Shown here: positions 27,842-37,304 of the stretch, piece after piece
Layout of the letters: each line of letters starts with the position of its first letter
Position numbering within the stretch: position 1 is the first letter of the stretch
Source of the DNA: an uncultured Candidatus Saccharibacteria bacterium
GTDB taxonomy: Bacteria; Patescibacteriota; Minisyncoccia; Phycocordibacterales; CAZNKJ01
Assembly (NCBI GenBank): GCA_964574145.1
Contig: CAZNKJ010000006.1
Span: forward strand, 1 to 40,202
Reading direction: 5' to 3'
DNA: 40,202 bases
Notes under the pieces: generated by a model
What the model saw: the letters and a program-made list of their open reading frames with translations, nothing else
Database searches by the model: none
What the model was told of the DNA's origin: nothing
Translations under genes and position numbers: made by a program

Positions 27842-28684
27842 TTACAAATGCTGACTTATTAAAACCATAGCGCCATACAAACCTCCAAGGTCACTGAGTT
27901 CTGCTTTTTTTATTTGAGGGATTTTTGGAAAAATAGACAATTGCTCCTTAACATATCTACGAATCTGTTCAATATTTATTGCAGGGTTTCCCACCATCAT
28001 AGACCCTCCTAAAACCACAACATCTGGTGACCAATGTAAAATAGTATTCACCAAGCCATAGGAAACCCAAAGGGGTAGCTCTTCATCCCATACTTCTCTC
28101 TCTTTAACTTCATATGCCTTCATACCGAATCTTTTTTCAGTTGCAGTGCCAGAAACCATGTCATCAAAATTTCCACTAATGCATTTTGGACACAAAGAAT
28201 GATCTGCATCAATTATCTGATGCCCCGGTTCAAATCCTAAAGCACTTCTGACAATCTTGCCATCAATAATACGCACTCCTCCTACACCAGTACTTATAGT
28301 TATGTAAGCCACGATTGCAAATCCTTTTCCTGCCCCATAGTGAGCCTCGCCAAGCCCCACAACCGCAGAATCGTTCTCAATAAAAACAGGCGTATTAAAT
28401 GCTGTGGAAATCTCCTCAGACAACGGTTTACCAACCCACCTTGGTAGATTTGGTGAATTAAGAAGAACTTTTTTCTCATAATCTAAGGGTCCTGCTATAC
28501 CTCCTCCAACAGCTTTTATCTTTACTCCCTTGGAAATACCTTCCGCAACATCTTTCAATTTTGCAATACCTTCCGAAAAATCATCCGGTGTATCATACAC
28601 CACAGGTTCTCCCACAAAATCAGTACGATTTTTAGTAGCAGACACTCGAGTCTTAGTTCCTCCTATATCAAAAAGAATATACAT
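27842..28684 (-). CDS. ROK-family sugar kinase (probable glucokinase)
   Basis: DIGGTK, IENDS, STGVGG and EPGH motifs. It lies directly downstream of pgi. Confidence 0.88.
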   Translation of the reverse strand: MYILFDIGGTKTRVSATKNRTDFVGEPVVYDTPDDFSEGIAKLKDVAEGISKGVKIKAVGGGIAGPLDYEKKVLLNSPNLPRWVGKPLSEEISTAFNTPVFIENDSAVVGLGEAHYGAGKGFAIVAYITISTGVGGVRIIDGKIVRSALGFEPGHQIIDADHSLCPKCISGNFDDMVSGTATEKRFGMKAYEVKEREVWDEELPLWVSYGLVNTILHWSPDVVVLGGSMMVGNPAINIEQIRRYVKEQLSIFPKIPQIKKAELSDLGGLYGAMVLISQHL

Positions 28685-28688
28685 ATAA

Positions 28689-29996
28689 CTACATTGACTT
28701 TAATATTTTTTTAACCTCCTGTTTATACAAAACAACATTTGGTTGATCAAAAGCATTAACATTAAGTAAGCGCGCGAGATACATAACCTCAAACATTTTG
28801 AATTGCATAAACTGACCTAATTCATATTCATTAATTTTTGGAAAAGATATGCTCATAAAAGGTAACTTATTCTTGAGATAAGCTGTCTTAACCCCTGTAA
28901 GAATAGCATCCATTATATCTTTTGTATCTTTTCCCTGAATCCCTGAGATAAGTTTTGGGAAAAAACGTTCTTCTGGTATTTCTAAACCCTTAAGAGAGCT
29001 ACTTAAAAAGGTCGTGATCTTATCTTTCGGTCCTCCTAGGTAAAGCTGTCCGACTGAATGAAGATCTGTAGACCCTACCGATACAGTAGGAGTAATTCCT
29101 ACACGAACTTCTTTTCCTTCTATATCTTGCTCTTTCCCTATACTTTCTCCAAGAAGTTGTCGGTACCACTTACCAAGTGATTCCAACTCACTATTAAATA
29201 CAAAAGTGTCATGTATAATCCTTCCCTGTCTATAACTTCTCGCCAATACACTTGCTGAAATAAATGCTGGATTATACGGATACTTAAGAAGACATTTTTT
29301 GTTCATCTCTCCTGCTCCACGCAAAAGCTCAGGCACATTAAGTCCCGCAACAAGAAGAGGAAATATTCCTACTGCCGAAAAAACAGAATAACGTCCGCCA
29401 ACATTCAAAGGAATGTTTAAACGAGCTAACGCTTGGTTTCCAGACTCCTTCCATAAAGAAGAATTCTCATCTGTTGTAACTACCAATCTTCTAGAGACAT
29501 CTGGAAAACTTTTTTTAAGAAAAGAAATTAAAAGCTCAACATTTGCTATTGTCTCTAACGTCTCACCTCCCTTACTGATAATATTTACGACTAATTCCTC
29601 TGGATGTCGTACGACTCGACTTAAAAATGCCATTGTCCTCTTCAGACAAGTTGAATTAGTAGTGGATAAAAATATTATTCGCGGGAAACGATCTGGTTCT
29701 ACAACATCAAAAAAACCATATAATGCATCATAAATAGCTTTTACGCCTAGGTTTGAACCTCCAATCCCAATTACTATTATATATTTAAGTCGTGTATTCC
29801 TTTTTTCAACAGCTATACGCCTAACTTCTTGGAAGAGTTTTCTGTCAAAAGGAAGATTTATGAAACTCTCCGGTTCTTTGTATGTTCCTGTATCAATAAT
29901 CTGCCGAAGATATTTTCGATACTCTTCAAGAGATTGAGAGTCTTCTTTAATCTCTCCAGCTTGAATAAGGGAACTTTTTTCATGTGACAAATTCAT
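28689..29996 (-). CDS. pgi: Glucose-6-phosphate isomerase
   Basis: GIGGSNLG, SKGGETLET, VGGRYSV, QLLGESIGK, DLHSVGQ, FDQPNV..YK. Confidence 0.93.
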   Translation of the reverse strand: MNLSHEKSSLIQAGEIKEDSQSLEEYRKYLRQIIDTGTYKEPESFINLPFDRKLFQEVRRIAVEKRNTRLKYIIVIGIGGSNLGVKAIYDALYGFFDVVEPDRFPRIIFLSTTNSTCLKRTMAFLSRVVRHPEELVVNIISKGGETLETIANVELLISFLKKSFPDVSRRLVVTTDENSSLWKESGNQALARLNIPLNVGGRYSVFSAVGIFPLLVAGLNVPELLRGAGEMNKKCLLKYPYNPAFISASVLARSYRQGRIIHDTFVFNSELESLGKWYRQLLGESIGKEQDIEGKEVRVGITPTVSVGSTDLHSVGQLYLGGPKDKITTFLSSSLKGLEIPEERFFPKLISGIQGKDTKDIMDAILTGVKTAYLKNKLPFMSISFPKINEYELGQFMQFKMFEVMYLARLLNVNAFDQPNVVLYKQEVKKILKSM

Positions 29997-30190
29997 ATTT
30001 TTTACATTAAACAGATTCCAGTTAGAATTTTTTATACTCGCGTAAACATAACCAAATGTTTATCTAATGATACGATATTAAAATGAAAGTGCAAAAGAGA
30101 TAACAGACTAAAGACAATTAAAAGTGGGGACAGTGCGACGTATCAAAAAAATATTGTTTTGTTACAATAATAAAAACAAAAAGACTAACT

Positions 30191-31201
30191 ATGATTATAG
30201 CTTTCTTCAGCACCTCAGATAGTGAACGTAAATATTTAGAAAAATATTTTCCCGAGCATCACTGTATATTTATAAAAGAACCATTAAACTTAAACAATGT
30301 AAGTCGTGTTAGCGACGCTAGCATAATATCTATATTTATTGACTCCGAAGTTTCAGGTGAGATATTACTCAAACTACCTAATGTAAAACTCCTTGCGACT
30401 CGTTCAACAGGATATGATCATATAGATATGGAAGCCGCTTCAATGCGTAGTGTTTGTGTATCGAACATACCCTCTTATGGAAAAGAAACAGTAGCTGAAT
30501 TTACTTTTGCTCTTATTCTTGAAGTTTCCAGAAAAGTCGCCGACGCGTATTATGCGCTACGTCAAAATGGTAGCGCGCATCCTAAAAATTTTGAGGGTTT
30601 TGAACTATATGGAAAAACCCTTGGAGTAATAGGAACAGGGTCCATAGGTAAACATGTTATACAAATTGCAAAAGGATTTGGAATGAACGTTATTGCATAT
30701 GACATAAATCCTGATGAAAAATATGCACGGACTATGGGATATTTCTATAACACTATTCAAAATATACTCAAAGAATCCGACATTCTTACTTTGCATGTGC
30801 CTTACAACAAACATACAAGACATCTTATAAACGAAAAAAACATTATTCAGATGAAACATTCAGCCTACCTGATAAATACTTCCAGAGGAGGGGTTGTTGA
30901 AACTGACGCTCTAGTAAAAGCTTTATTTGAGAAACGTCTAGCAGGAGCAGGGCTTGATGTTCTTGAAGAAGAAGATGCTCTAACAGAAGAAACTGCTCTT
31001 CTTACAATAGATCACGACAACGCAAAAACAATGCAAACAATTCTACAAGGGCACGCCCTAATTGATATGCCTCAAGTAGTGGTAACTCCTCATATTGCAT
31101 TTAATTCACGTGAAGCTAAAAAAGAGATCCTGCAAACTACAGTAGAAAACATTAAACGATTCATAGCTGGGTCCCCTCAACACGTTATCCATGAAAAATA
31201 A
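30191..31201 (+). CDS. D-isomer-specific 2-hydroxyacid dehydrogenase (D-lactate dehydrogenase / hydroxypyruvate reductase-like)
   Basis: RSTGYDHID, GTGSIG, NTSRGG, DVLEEE, TPHIAF. Confidence 0.92.
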   Translation: MIIAFFSTSDSERKYLEKYFPEHHCIFIKEPLNLNNVSRVSDASIISIFIDSEVSGEILLKLPNVKLLATRSTGYDHIDMEAASMRSVCVSNIPSYGKETVAEFTFALILEVSRKVADAYYALRQNGSAHPKNFEGFELYGKTLGVIGTGSIGKHVIQIAKGFGMNVIAYDINPDEKYARTMGYFYNTIQNILKESDILTLHVPYNKHTRHLINEKNIIQMKHSAYLINTSRGGVVETDALVKALFEKRLAGAGLDVLEEEDALTEETALLTIDHDNAKTMQTILQGHALIDMPQVVVTPHIAFNSREAKKEILQTTVENIKRFIAGSPQHVIHEK

Positions 31202-32468
31202 TACCAACAAAAAATATATCCAGAATTATGCGGCTTTGTCTACTTCGGAAGGAAAAAGAAATGTCTTGTCTTTGGCAGAAGAAGGGCTTCGCGCCATTGA
31301 CACAGAAACGGTTCTGCATAAAAGCATACATATAAAAGAAAACACACTCATAATACAAAAAACTTCATATTGTTTGTCCGATTATAAAAGAATCTTTATT
31401 ATAGGATTCGGGAAAGTTTCTTGTAAAGCCGCGTCTGTCCTTGAAGAAATTTTGAAAGACAGAATCAATGGAGGAATAGTACTTGGTATTGAATCTGACA
31501 CATGTGAGACAATTGATACTTATGAAGGCACTCATCCACGTCCATCTTCTCGTAATGTTGAGATTTCACAAAAAATTGCAAAGATTAGTAAAAATGCAAC
31601 AAAAGATGATCTGGTAATCACTATAGTAAGTGGAGGAGGTTCTTCCCTTCTTTGTTACCCTCAAGAAGAATGCGATCAAGGGAAATTACTATACGACTCT
31701 TTTCTAACTTCAGGAGGAACTACCAGAGAACTAAATACTGTACGAAAACATATATCTCTCCTTAAAGGAGGGGGGCTTGCTAAAATCCTTTACCCAGCTA
31801 CTGTAGTAGCTCTTATTTTCTCTGATATTCCAGGAAATTTTTTTGAAGAAGTGGCCTCTGGTCCTACATACAGAGACTCTTCTACTATTGCTGACGCGCA
31901 ATCTATTATAGACAAATATAACCTTGGCTCATTTCGACTGACTGAAACCCCAAAAGATACTAAATACTTTGATAATATGACAAATATAGTCTTAGTCTCA
32001 AGCACAACCGCGCTTCAAGCTATGGCGAAAAAAGCAAAAAATATGGGGCTAAAAACTACAGTGCTCGGCTCAGAGCTATGTAAACCTGCAAAGGAAACCG
32101 TACGCTTACTATCTGAGGCAGCACGAGACGCAGATGTTGTGCTAGCTGGTGGCGAAACTCAAATACAAGTTGAATGTGCTGACGGAGAAGGTGGGCGAAA
32201 TCAACATTTATCACTAGCTATGCTGGAAGAACTCAAAAACAACCAGGTTTTCTTATCCATAGCCTCAGATGGATGGGATAATACTCCAGTGGCAGGGGCT
32301 ATAATTGACGAACCGTTACGCTCTAGAACAAAAGACCTCGGACTTAATCCAGAAAACTATCTATCAAGGTGTGACTCCTTTTCTTTTTTTGAAAAAGTAG
32401 GTGGACATATCATCACAGGACGTACCAGTTCTAACGTAGCAGACCTAATGATTCTCATGAACTCATAA
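31191..32468 (+). CDS. Glycerate 2-kinase, MOFRL family
   Basis: GFGKV, THPRP, SGGGSSL, VRKHISLLKGGGL, ASGPT, GGET, GGRNQ, SDGWD, TGRTSSNVADL. Confidence 0.9.
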   Translation: MKNNTNKKYIQNYAALSTSEGKRNVLSLAEEGLRAIDTETVLHKSIHIKENTLIIQKTSYCLSDYKRIFIIGFGKVSCKAASVLEEILKDRINGGIVLGIESDTCETIDTYEGTHPRPSSRNVEISQKIAKISKNATKDDLVITIVSGGGSSLLCYPQEECDQGKLLYDSFLTSGGTTRELNTVRKHISLLKGGGLAKILYPATVVALIFSDIPGNFFEEVASGPTYRDSSTIADAQSIIDKYNLGSFRLTETPKDTKYFDNMTNIVLVSSTTALQAMAKKAKNMGLKTTVLGSELCKPAKETVRLLSEAARDADVVLAGGETQIQVECADGEGGRNQHLSLAMLEELKNNQVFLSIASDGWDNTPVAGAIIDEPLRSRTKDLGLNPENYLSRCDSFSFFEKVGGHIITGRTSSNVADLMILMNS

Positions 32469-32474
32469 TTTTAT

Positions 32475-33689
32475 ATGGATGAAAAAATCATATCCGTAAA
32501 CGCAGACACTATTCTTGACTCTCGAGGAAAGAAAACCTTATCCGTATCCATACAAACTAATAAGTATGACGGTTATGCTTATGTTCCTTCAGGACAAAGC
32601 ACAGGCGCGAATGAAGCTAGAGAATTACGCGACCCAGATGGAGGAGTGGATAGAGCAATTGAATTAATTCAATCCACGATCTCCCCAGCGCTTATAGGAA
32701 AATCTGTAACGGACCAAAAAGGAATAGACTCTCTTTTAATAGAACTTGATGGTACAAAAACAAAAGAAAGATTGGGAGCAAACAGCATTATAGGTATTTC
32801 TATTGCAACAGCTCGCGCAGCTGCTTCTTCAAAAAATAAGGAACTTTTTGAATATCTGCATGAAATATCTCCAGTTATACCTTCTCGAGACTCCCCTCTT
32901 CTTTTTATGAATCTTCTGAATGGAGGATTGCATGCAAAAAATGGATTGAGCTTTCAAGAATTTCATATGATCCCACTACTTTCTACAATAAAGGAAGCTT
33001 ATACCTGCGGAATTGACTTTGATCGAGTTCTAGAAGAAAAAATTAGAACGCAATACGGAAGTGATTCAATAGAAAGAGGTGATGAAGGAGGTCTTATTTT
33101 CCCAGGAAATTCTGCTGAAGAGGCTTTGATTCTTTTTTCCCAGACTGCAGACCAGCTTGGAGTTTTAAAACACATCCGATTCGGTATTGATGTCGCTGCT
33201 TCATCTTTCTTTAAGACAAATACTTACACTGTTGACGGAAAAGATTACTCAAAGGAGTCATTGCTTGAGTTTTATGGAACTCTTATTGAGTCCTATCCGA
33301 TCTATGCGCTTGAAGACCCTTTTGAAGAAGAAGATTATATTTCTTTTGCAAACCTACACGAACTTTACCCAACACTTCTTGTGGTAGGAGACGACCTAAC
33401 TACAACAAATGAGGAACGGCTAAAGAATGCAATTAAATTTAAAAGCATTAATGCTCTTATTATTAAACCTAATCAAATAGGGACATTAACAGAAACTTTT
33501 GCAACAATACAACTTGCACGAAATAACAACATCGCTTGTATTGCAAGCCATAGAAGTGGAGAAACAATGGATAGTGCTATATCAGACATAGCTATTGCTT
33601 TTGGGTGCCTAGGGATTAAAGCTGGAGCTCCTCACGCAAAAGAACGAGCTGTAAAATATAGACGTCTGATGGAAATTTCAAAAAAATAA
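32475..33689 (+). CDS. eno: Enolase
   Basis: ILDSRG, VPSGQSTG, GDEGG, IKPNQIGT, SHRSGET. Confidence 0.95.
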   Translation: MDEKIISVNADTILDSRGKKTLSVSIQTNKYDGYAYVPSGQSTGANEARELRDPDGGVDRAIELIQSTISPALIGKSVTDQKGIDSLLIELDGTKTKERLGANSIIGISIATARAAASSKNKELFEYLHEISPVIPSRDSPLLFMNLLNGGLHAKNGLSFQEFHMIPLLSTIKEAYTCGIDFDRVLEEKIRTQYGSDSIERGDEGGLIFPGNSAEEALILFSQTADQLGVLKHIRFGIDVAASSFFKTNTYTVDGKDYSKESLLEFYGTLIESYPIYALEDPFEEEDYISFANLHELYPTLLVVGDDLTTTNEERLKNAIKFKSINALIIKPNQIGTLTETFATIQLARNNNIACIASHRSGETMDSAISDIAIAFGCLGIKAGAPHAKERAVKYRRLMEISKK

Positions 33690-33690
33690 A

Positions 33691-34491
33691 ATGAGTGAGT
33701 CACGAACACAAATAGTAGCCACGATAGGACCTTCTACGGCAAATATGGACTCTCTTCTTCAACTGGTACAAGCTGGAATGGACGTTGTTCGACTTAATTT
33801 TGCGCACGGAACTTTTGAAGAGCATCGTAAAGTTATTGAATTTATACGAATCATATCTGATAAAAAAAAGAAACACATACCAATAATAGGAGACTTGGCT
33901 GGACCGCGTCTACATGGCACAGATTCACATAAATACGACAGGGACGCTATATATCCTCTTACTGACCACGATATGGAAAGTATTGCTTTTAGTATTGAAC
34001 AAAATCTTAATTATGTAGCTCTCTCATACACAGGCTCTGGTTCTGATATAGAAGAAGTGCGACACCTCACTCAAATTGGAGAAAATGCAATGCGGATCAT
34101 TGCAAAGATAGAACGAGTGGAAGCTTTGCGTAATCTGGATGAAATTATAGAAGTATCTGATGCAGTAATGATAGCCAGAGGCGATTTGGGAAACGAAATT
34201 CCATTAGAACAAATTCCATACATTCAATACTCTATTATTAAAAAAATGAACTGGGCTCATAAGCCAGTCATTACCGCAACTGAAATGCTTTTATCTATGG
34301 TAAAAAATCCTACTCCAACACGCGCTGAGGTTTCTGACGTGGCTTATGCTGTAATAAGCGGTTCAGATGCTGTAATGCTCTCTGAAGAAACAGCCATTGG
34401 TGACTACCCTATAGATACAACTTTAATGATGGAAAAAATAATATTTGAAGCAGAAAGACACTCTTTACAACAAGATACACACCGATTATAA
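33691..34491 (+). CDS. pyk: Pyruvate kinase, barrel-only miniature form (266 aa)
   Basis: IVATIGP, RLNFAHG, IAKIE, MIARGDLG, TATEML.SM, PTRAEVSDV, MLSEETA. No lid or C-terminal domain. Confidence 0.88.
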   Translation: MSESRTQIVATIGPSTANMDSLLQLVQAGMDVVRLNFAHGTFEEHRKVIEFIRIISDKKKKHIPIIGDLAGPRLHGTDSHKYDRDAIYPLTDHDMESIAFSIEQNLNYVALSYTGSGSDIEEVRHLTQIGENAMRIIAKIERVEALRNLDEIIEVSDAVMIARGDLGNEIPLEQIPYIQYSIIKKMNWAHKPVITATEMLLSMVKNPTPTRAEVSDVAYAVISGSDAVMLSEETAIGDYPIDTTLMMEKIIFEAERHSLQQDTHRL

Positions 34492-34522
34492 AAACAAATT
34501 TAAAGATATCATCTCAAAATTA

Positions 34523-35434
34523 TTAGTTAGCCGATGCAGCCTTTCGAGTCACATCTATATATGGAAGTGTGAAATAAAAAGTACTACCTTCATGTTCACC
34601 TTGAGACTCAAACCATAGTTTCCCTCCGTGACCTTCAACAATGTGCTTAGCTAGAAAGAGCCCTATCCCAGTCCCCTCTGTGTCTATGTGTAAAGCGCGA
34701 TCACTACGAAAAAATTTAGAGAAGATATATTTTTTCTCATTTCCTAAAATTCCTATACCATGATCTTGTACTGAAACAATAACCTTCTTTTTGTCCCTTC
34801 TAATAGATACTATCACCTGTCCACCAGCAGGAGAATAAGTAATGGCATTTTCAAGAAGCACTTGAATTACTGAATAAATACGTTTTTTATCAATACAAGC
34901 AAATAGATACTCTTCATTAGCCTGAAACTCAATAAAGACTAGGTTATTCCTCCACTGACTATTCTGATAGCTAGTCAATATTTCACGGACAATTGACACC
35001 ATATCACTTTTTTCAAAATGATATTTAGGTCTTCCTTTTTCACTTTCTGAGACCTCAAGAAGAAGGTTTACCAACCCAACCAATCTATTGTTTTCAATGG
35101 CTATTTGATGCAACATCCGTTCATCATAATCACTCAATTCATAAGATTCCTTTCTAAAATTCGCTGCTTCTTTTTTCTGAAGAAGCTCGGCAACAGCTCC
35201 CTTTATTTTTGAAAGAGGTGTTCTAAGTTTATGGGACCCTATTGTAATAAAACGATATCGTATACTCCGCGCCTCAGCAGTAAAATAAAGAACCACTAAG
35301 AAAGCTACAAGAAAAAAAGAACTTAAGACAACGGGAAGAAACCATACATTTAAGAATGTAAGCGAGTTTAAAAAATCTACAAACTCTACGAGTCTGTACA
35401 AAATATTTAACACTAAAATATATATTTGTTCCAC
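34523..35434 (-). CDS. Orphan histidine kinase with short N-terminal membrane segment
   Basis: SHKLRTPL, ENAITY, DHGIGI, GTGIGL. Confidence 0.9.
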   Translation of the reverse strand: MEQIYILVLNILYRLVEFVDFLNSLTFLNVWFLPVVLSSFFLVAFLVVLYFTAEARSIRYRFITIGSHKLRTPLSKIKGAVAELLQKKEAANFRKESYELSDYDERMLHQIAIENNRLVGLVNLLLEVSESEKGRPKYHFEKSDMVSIVREILTSYQNSQWRNNLVFIEFQANEEYLFACIDKKRIYSVIQVLLENAITYSPAGGQVIVSIRRDKKKVIVSVQDHGIGILGNEKKYIFSKFFRSDRALHIDTEGTGIGLFLAKHIVEGHGGKLWFESQGEHEGSTFYFTLPYIDVTRKAASAN

Positions 35435-35562
35435 ATTTGTTTAGCTAATGCACAAAAGATAATAAAAGTTTGTAAAAACTTTGTGTCTATCTAATACTAA
35501 ATTTAGTATACATCATTAAATAGACTTAATAAATTCCTAAAATACATTAATTATAATTTAAA

Positions 35563-35883
35563 TCATTTCAAAATCTCCTCAGCTAAACGAACAATCTCTT
35601 CACGACTATCCAACGCGCTATCAGGCACTGACCACCAATTTTTGATAAGAATACTTTTTTTATCTTTATTCACATATGAAAATTGTGTTGAACCTTTGTC
35701 TTTGTATTGTTTTTGTAAAAATTTATCAGTTACCTTAAAATATAAAATATCATCAATTAATACGCCCAATATCCTCCCTTCAACTTTTAAAACAACCCCA
35801 CTAAACAATTTTGAGACTCGTATTTCAGCAAACGGTTCAAGCATATCAAGAATATATTCAATAAATTCTTTTGAATTTTTCAT
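35563..35883 (-). CDS. TfoX/Sxy N-terminal domain protein
   Basis: EFIEYILDML..KLFSG..ILYFKV..WWSVP pattern. Start revised to MKNSK. Confidence 0.75.
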   Translation of the reverse strand: MKNSKEFIEYILDMLEPFAEIRVSKLFSGVVLKVEGRILGVLIDDILYFKVTDKFLQKQYKDKGSTQFSYVNKDKKSILIKNWWSVPDSALDSREEIVRLAEEILK

Positions 35884-35893
35884 TCTTAAGTAT

Positions 35894-36787
35894 CTAATCA
35901 AAAAGAGAAACTAGGTAGTTATCTATCTTTCTTTGGTCTATTGCGTAGAAATTAGTATCGTTGTCATAAAGCCATTGTGCCAAACCACTTCCAACAAAAC
36001 GCCAATGCCACGGTTCATATTTATAATATTTATTACTTTTTGGATAGGAAATCACAAAACCAAAACGATGCGCATTATTCGTAAGCCATTTATAGGCATC
36101 AGACTTATCAAACGCGCGGAGAGTTGAACCTATTTTTGAAGTCGTAAAATCCACCGTCGTTCCAAGCTGATGTTCTGAATACCCTTGATCAGCAGAAAAC
36201 TGATTTGCAGTATTTTTTCCATATACCATATTATATGAACTTTTAAGATCTGTTTGAGTTTCAAAAGAACGGTATGCAGAAAGAACTTCTATATCAATTC
36301 CATTTTTTCTAGCTGAATCAAGCAGGCTTATTAGCTTTGGCAGAACTTTTGCGTGCATCCATTGGTCTTTCTTTTTATTATCCAAATATTGTTCATCAAT
36401 TTGAGAAAGCTCCGAAGGAACATAATGTTCATTGAGAAAATAAATCTTTGAATACTTCTGCAAAAGCTCTTTGTCTATCTTACTTAGTTTATTGAGCTCC
36501 CCCACAGTCCCAGTTATTTTATTAACCTGTTCAGCTAAGACGCCAACCTGAGTTCTTTCAGCTGTAAGTTGTTGAGATAAATTTTCTTTTTCATCCTCAG
36601 TTTTTTTGAGAGAACTTCTAAGAAAACTGATGTTCTCACTAAGACCGTCGGCATATTTAGAAAGTGAATAGTATCTGTATCCAAAATACCCAAAAGAAAC
36701 AAGCACTAAAATGAGACATGTCACACCTAATAAATATTTCTTTTTTATACCTAAATCTTTTTTAAATTTAAAAAAATGAATTTTCAT
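35894..36787 (-). CDS. M15B (VanY-like) D-Ala-D-Ala carboxypeptidase with TM anchor and coiled-coil stalk
   Basis: SAYRS, SEHQLGTTVD, YEPWHWRFVG. Start probably MKIHF (36787). Confidence 0.9.
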   Translation of the reverse strand: MKIHFFKFKKDLGIKKKYLLGVTCLILVLVSFGYFGYRYYSLSKYADGLSENISFLRSSLKKTEDEKENLSQQLTAERTQVGVLAEQVNKITGTVGELNKLSKIDKELLQKYSKIYFLNEHYVPSELSQIDEQYLDNKKKDQWMHAKVLPKLISLLDSARKNGIDIEVLSAYRSFETQTDLKSSYNMVYGKNTANQFSADQGYSEHQLGTTVDFTTSKIGSTLRAFDKSDAYKWLTNNAHRFGFVISYPKSNKYYKYEPWHWRFVGSGLAQWLYDNDTNFYAIDQRKIDNYLVSLFD

Positions 36788-36865
36788 AAAAACAAGAAAA
36801 AGCTCGGACTCTAGTCTTAACGACAAGTCCAATTATTTTTTCGCAAAGTACAACTAAATACTACC

Positions 36866-37075
36866 CTAAGAAAACATTCCTAAGCGCAAAAGCATTGTCC
36901 CTATCCAAAGAACCAATACAAAATATGCTACACACCACCCTTTCGCCACCGGAAAATAACGTGACATGAGACGAAAATGACTCGTGTACCACGTATGTCC
37001 GAACCATGCGACAAGGTTTGCGCCAATGCTATCTATGAGCAAGAGATAGAATATGATCTCCTCAATGTTAGACAT
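36866..37075 (-). CDS. Small membrane protein
   Basis: 69 aa with two hydrophobic segments. Confidence 0.65.
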   Translation of the reverse strand: MSNIEEIIFYLLLIDSIGANLVAWFGHTWYTSHFRLMSRYFPVAKGWCVAYFVLVLWIGTMLLRLGMFS

Positions 37076-37172
37076 AACATTTCTATGTTAACGAACATGA
37101 AATATATGTCTAGCTAGCTATCAACACAAAAAAGTTGATACGGACACAACTCCTGAATAAATTTCAATAAAA

Positions 37173-37201
37173 TTGACATTTATATTGAAATATGCTATTC
37201 T
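37173..37201 (+). promoter_or_regulatory. Near-consensus sigma70 promoter of the helicase
   Basis: TTGACA-N17-TATTCT with a TGn extended -10. Confidence 0.75.
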
Positions 37202-37220
37202 TGCGGTAAGCTTTTGACAC

Positions 37221-37290
37221 TTGAGCAGGGTTCTAGAGCTGCAGATATACTCTTAACACGACCAAATCTGGATTACTCTACCTGCCTCAA
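37221..37290 (+). promoter_or_regulatory. Structured 5' leader (candidate cis-regulatory RNA)
   Basis: Nested pairings ttgag/ctcaa, cagg/cctg, tagag/ctcta and cagat/atctg closing a 19-nt loop. Confidence 0.5.
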
Positions 37291-37304
37291 CTAACTAAAT
37301 TATA

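Noticed and set aside
35894-36787. Vancomycin-resistance cluster (VanY-like peptidase, D-hydroxyacid dehydrogenase, ddl, kinases)
   Set aside because: The genes are scattered. Ddl has the D-Ala-D-Ala-type YDAKY loop, and the dehydrogenase sits in a glycolytic operon.
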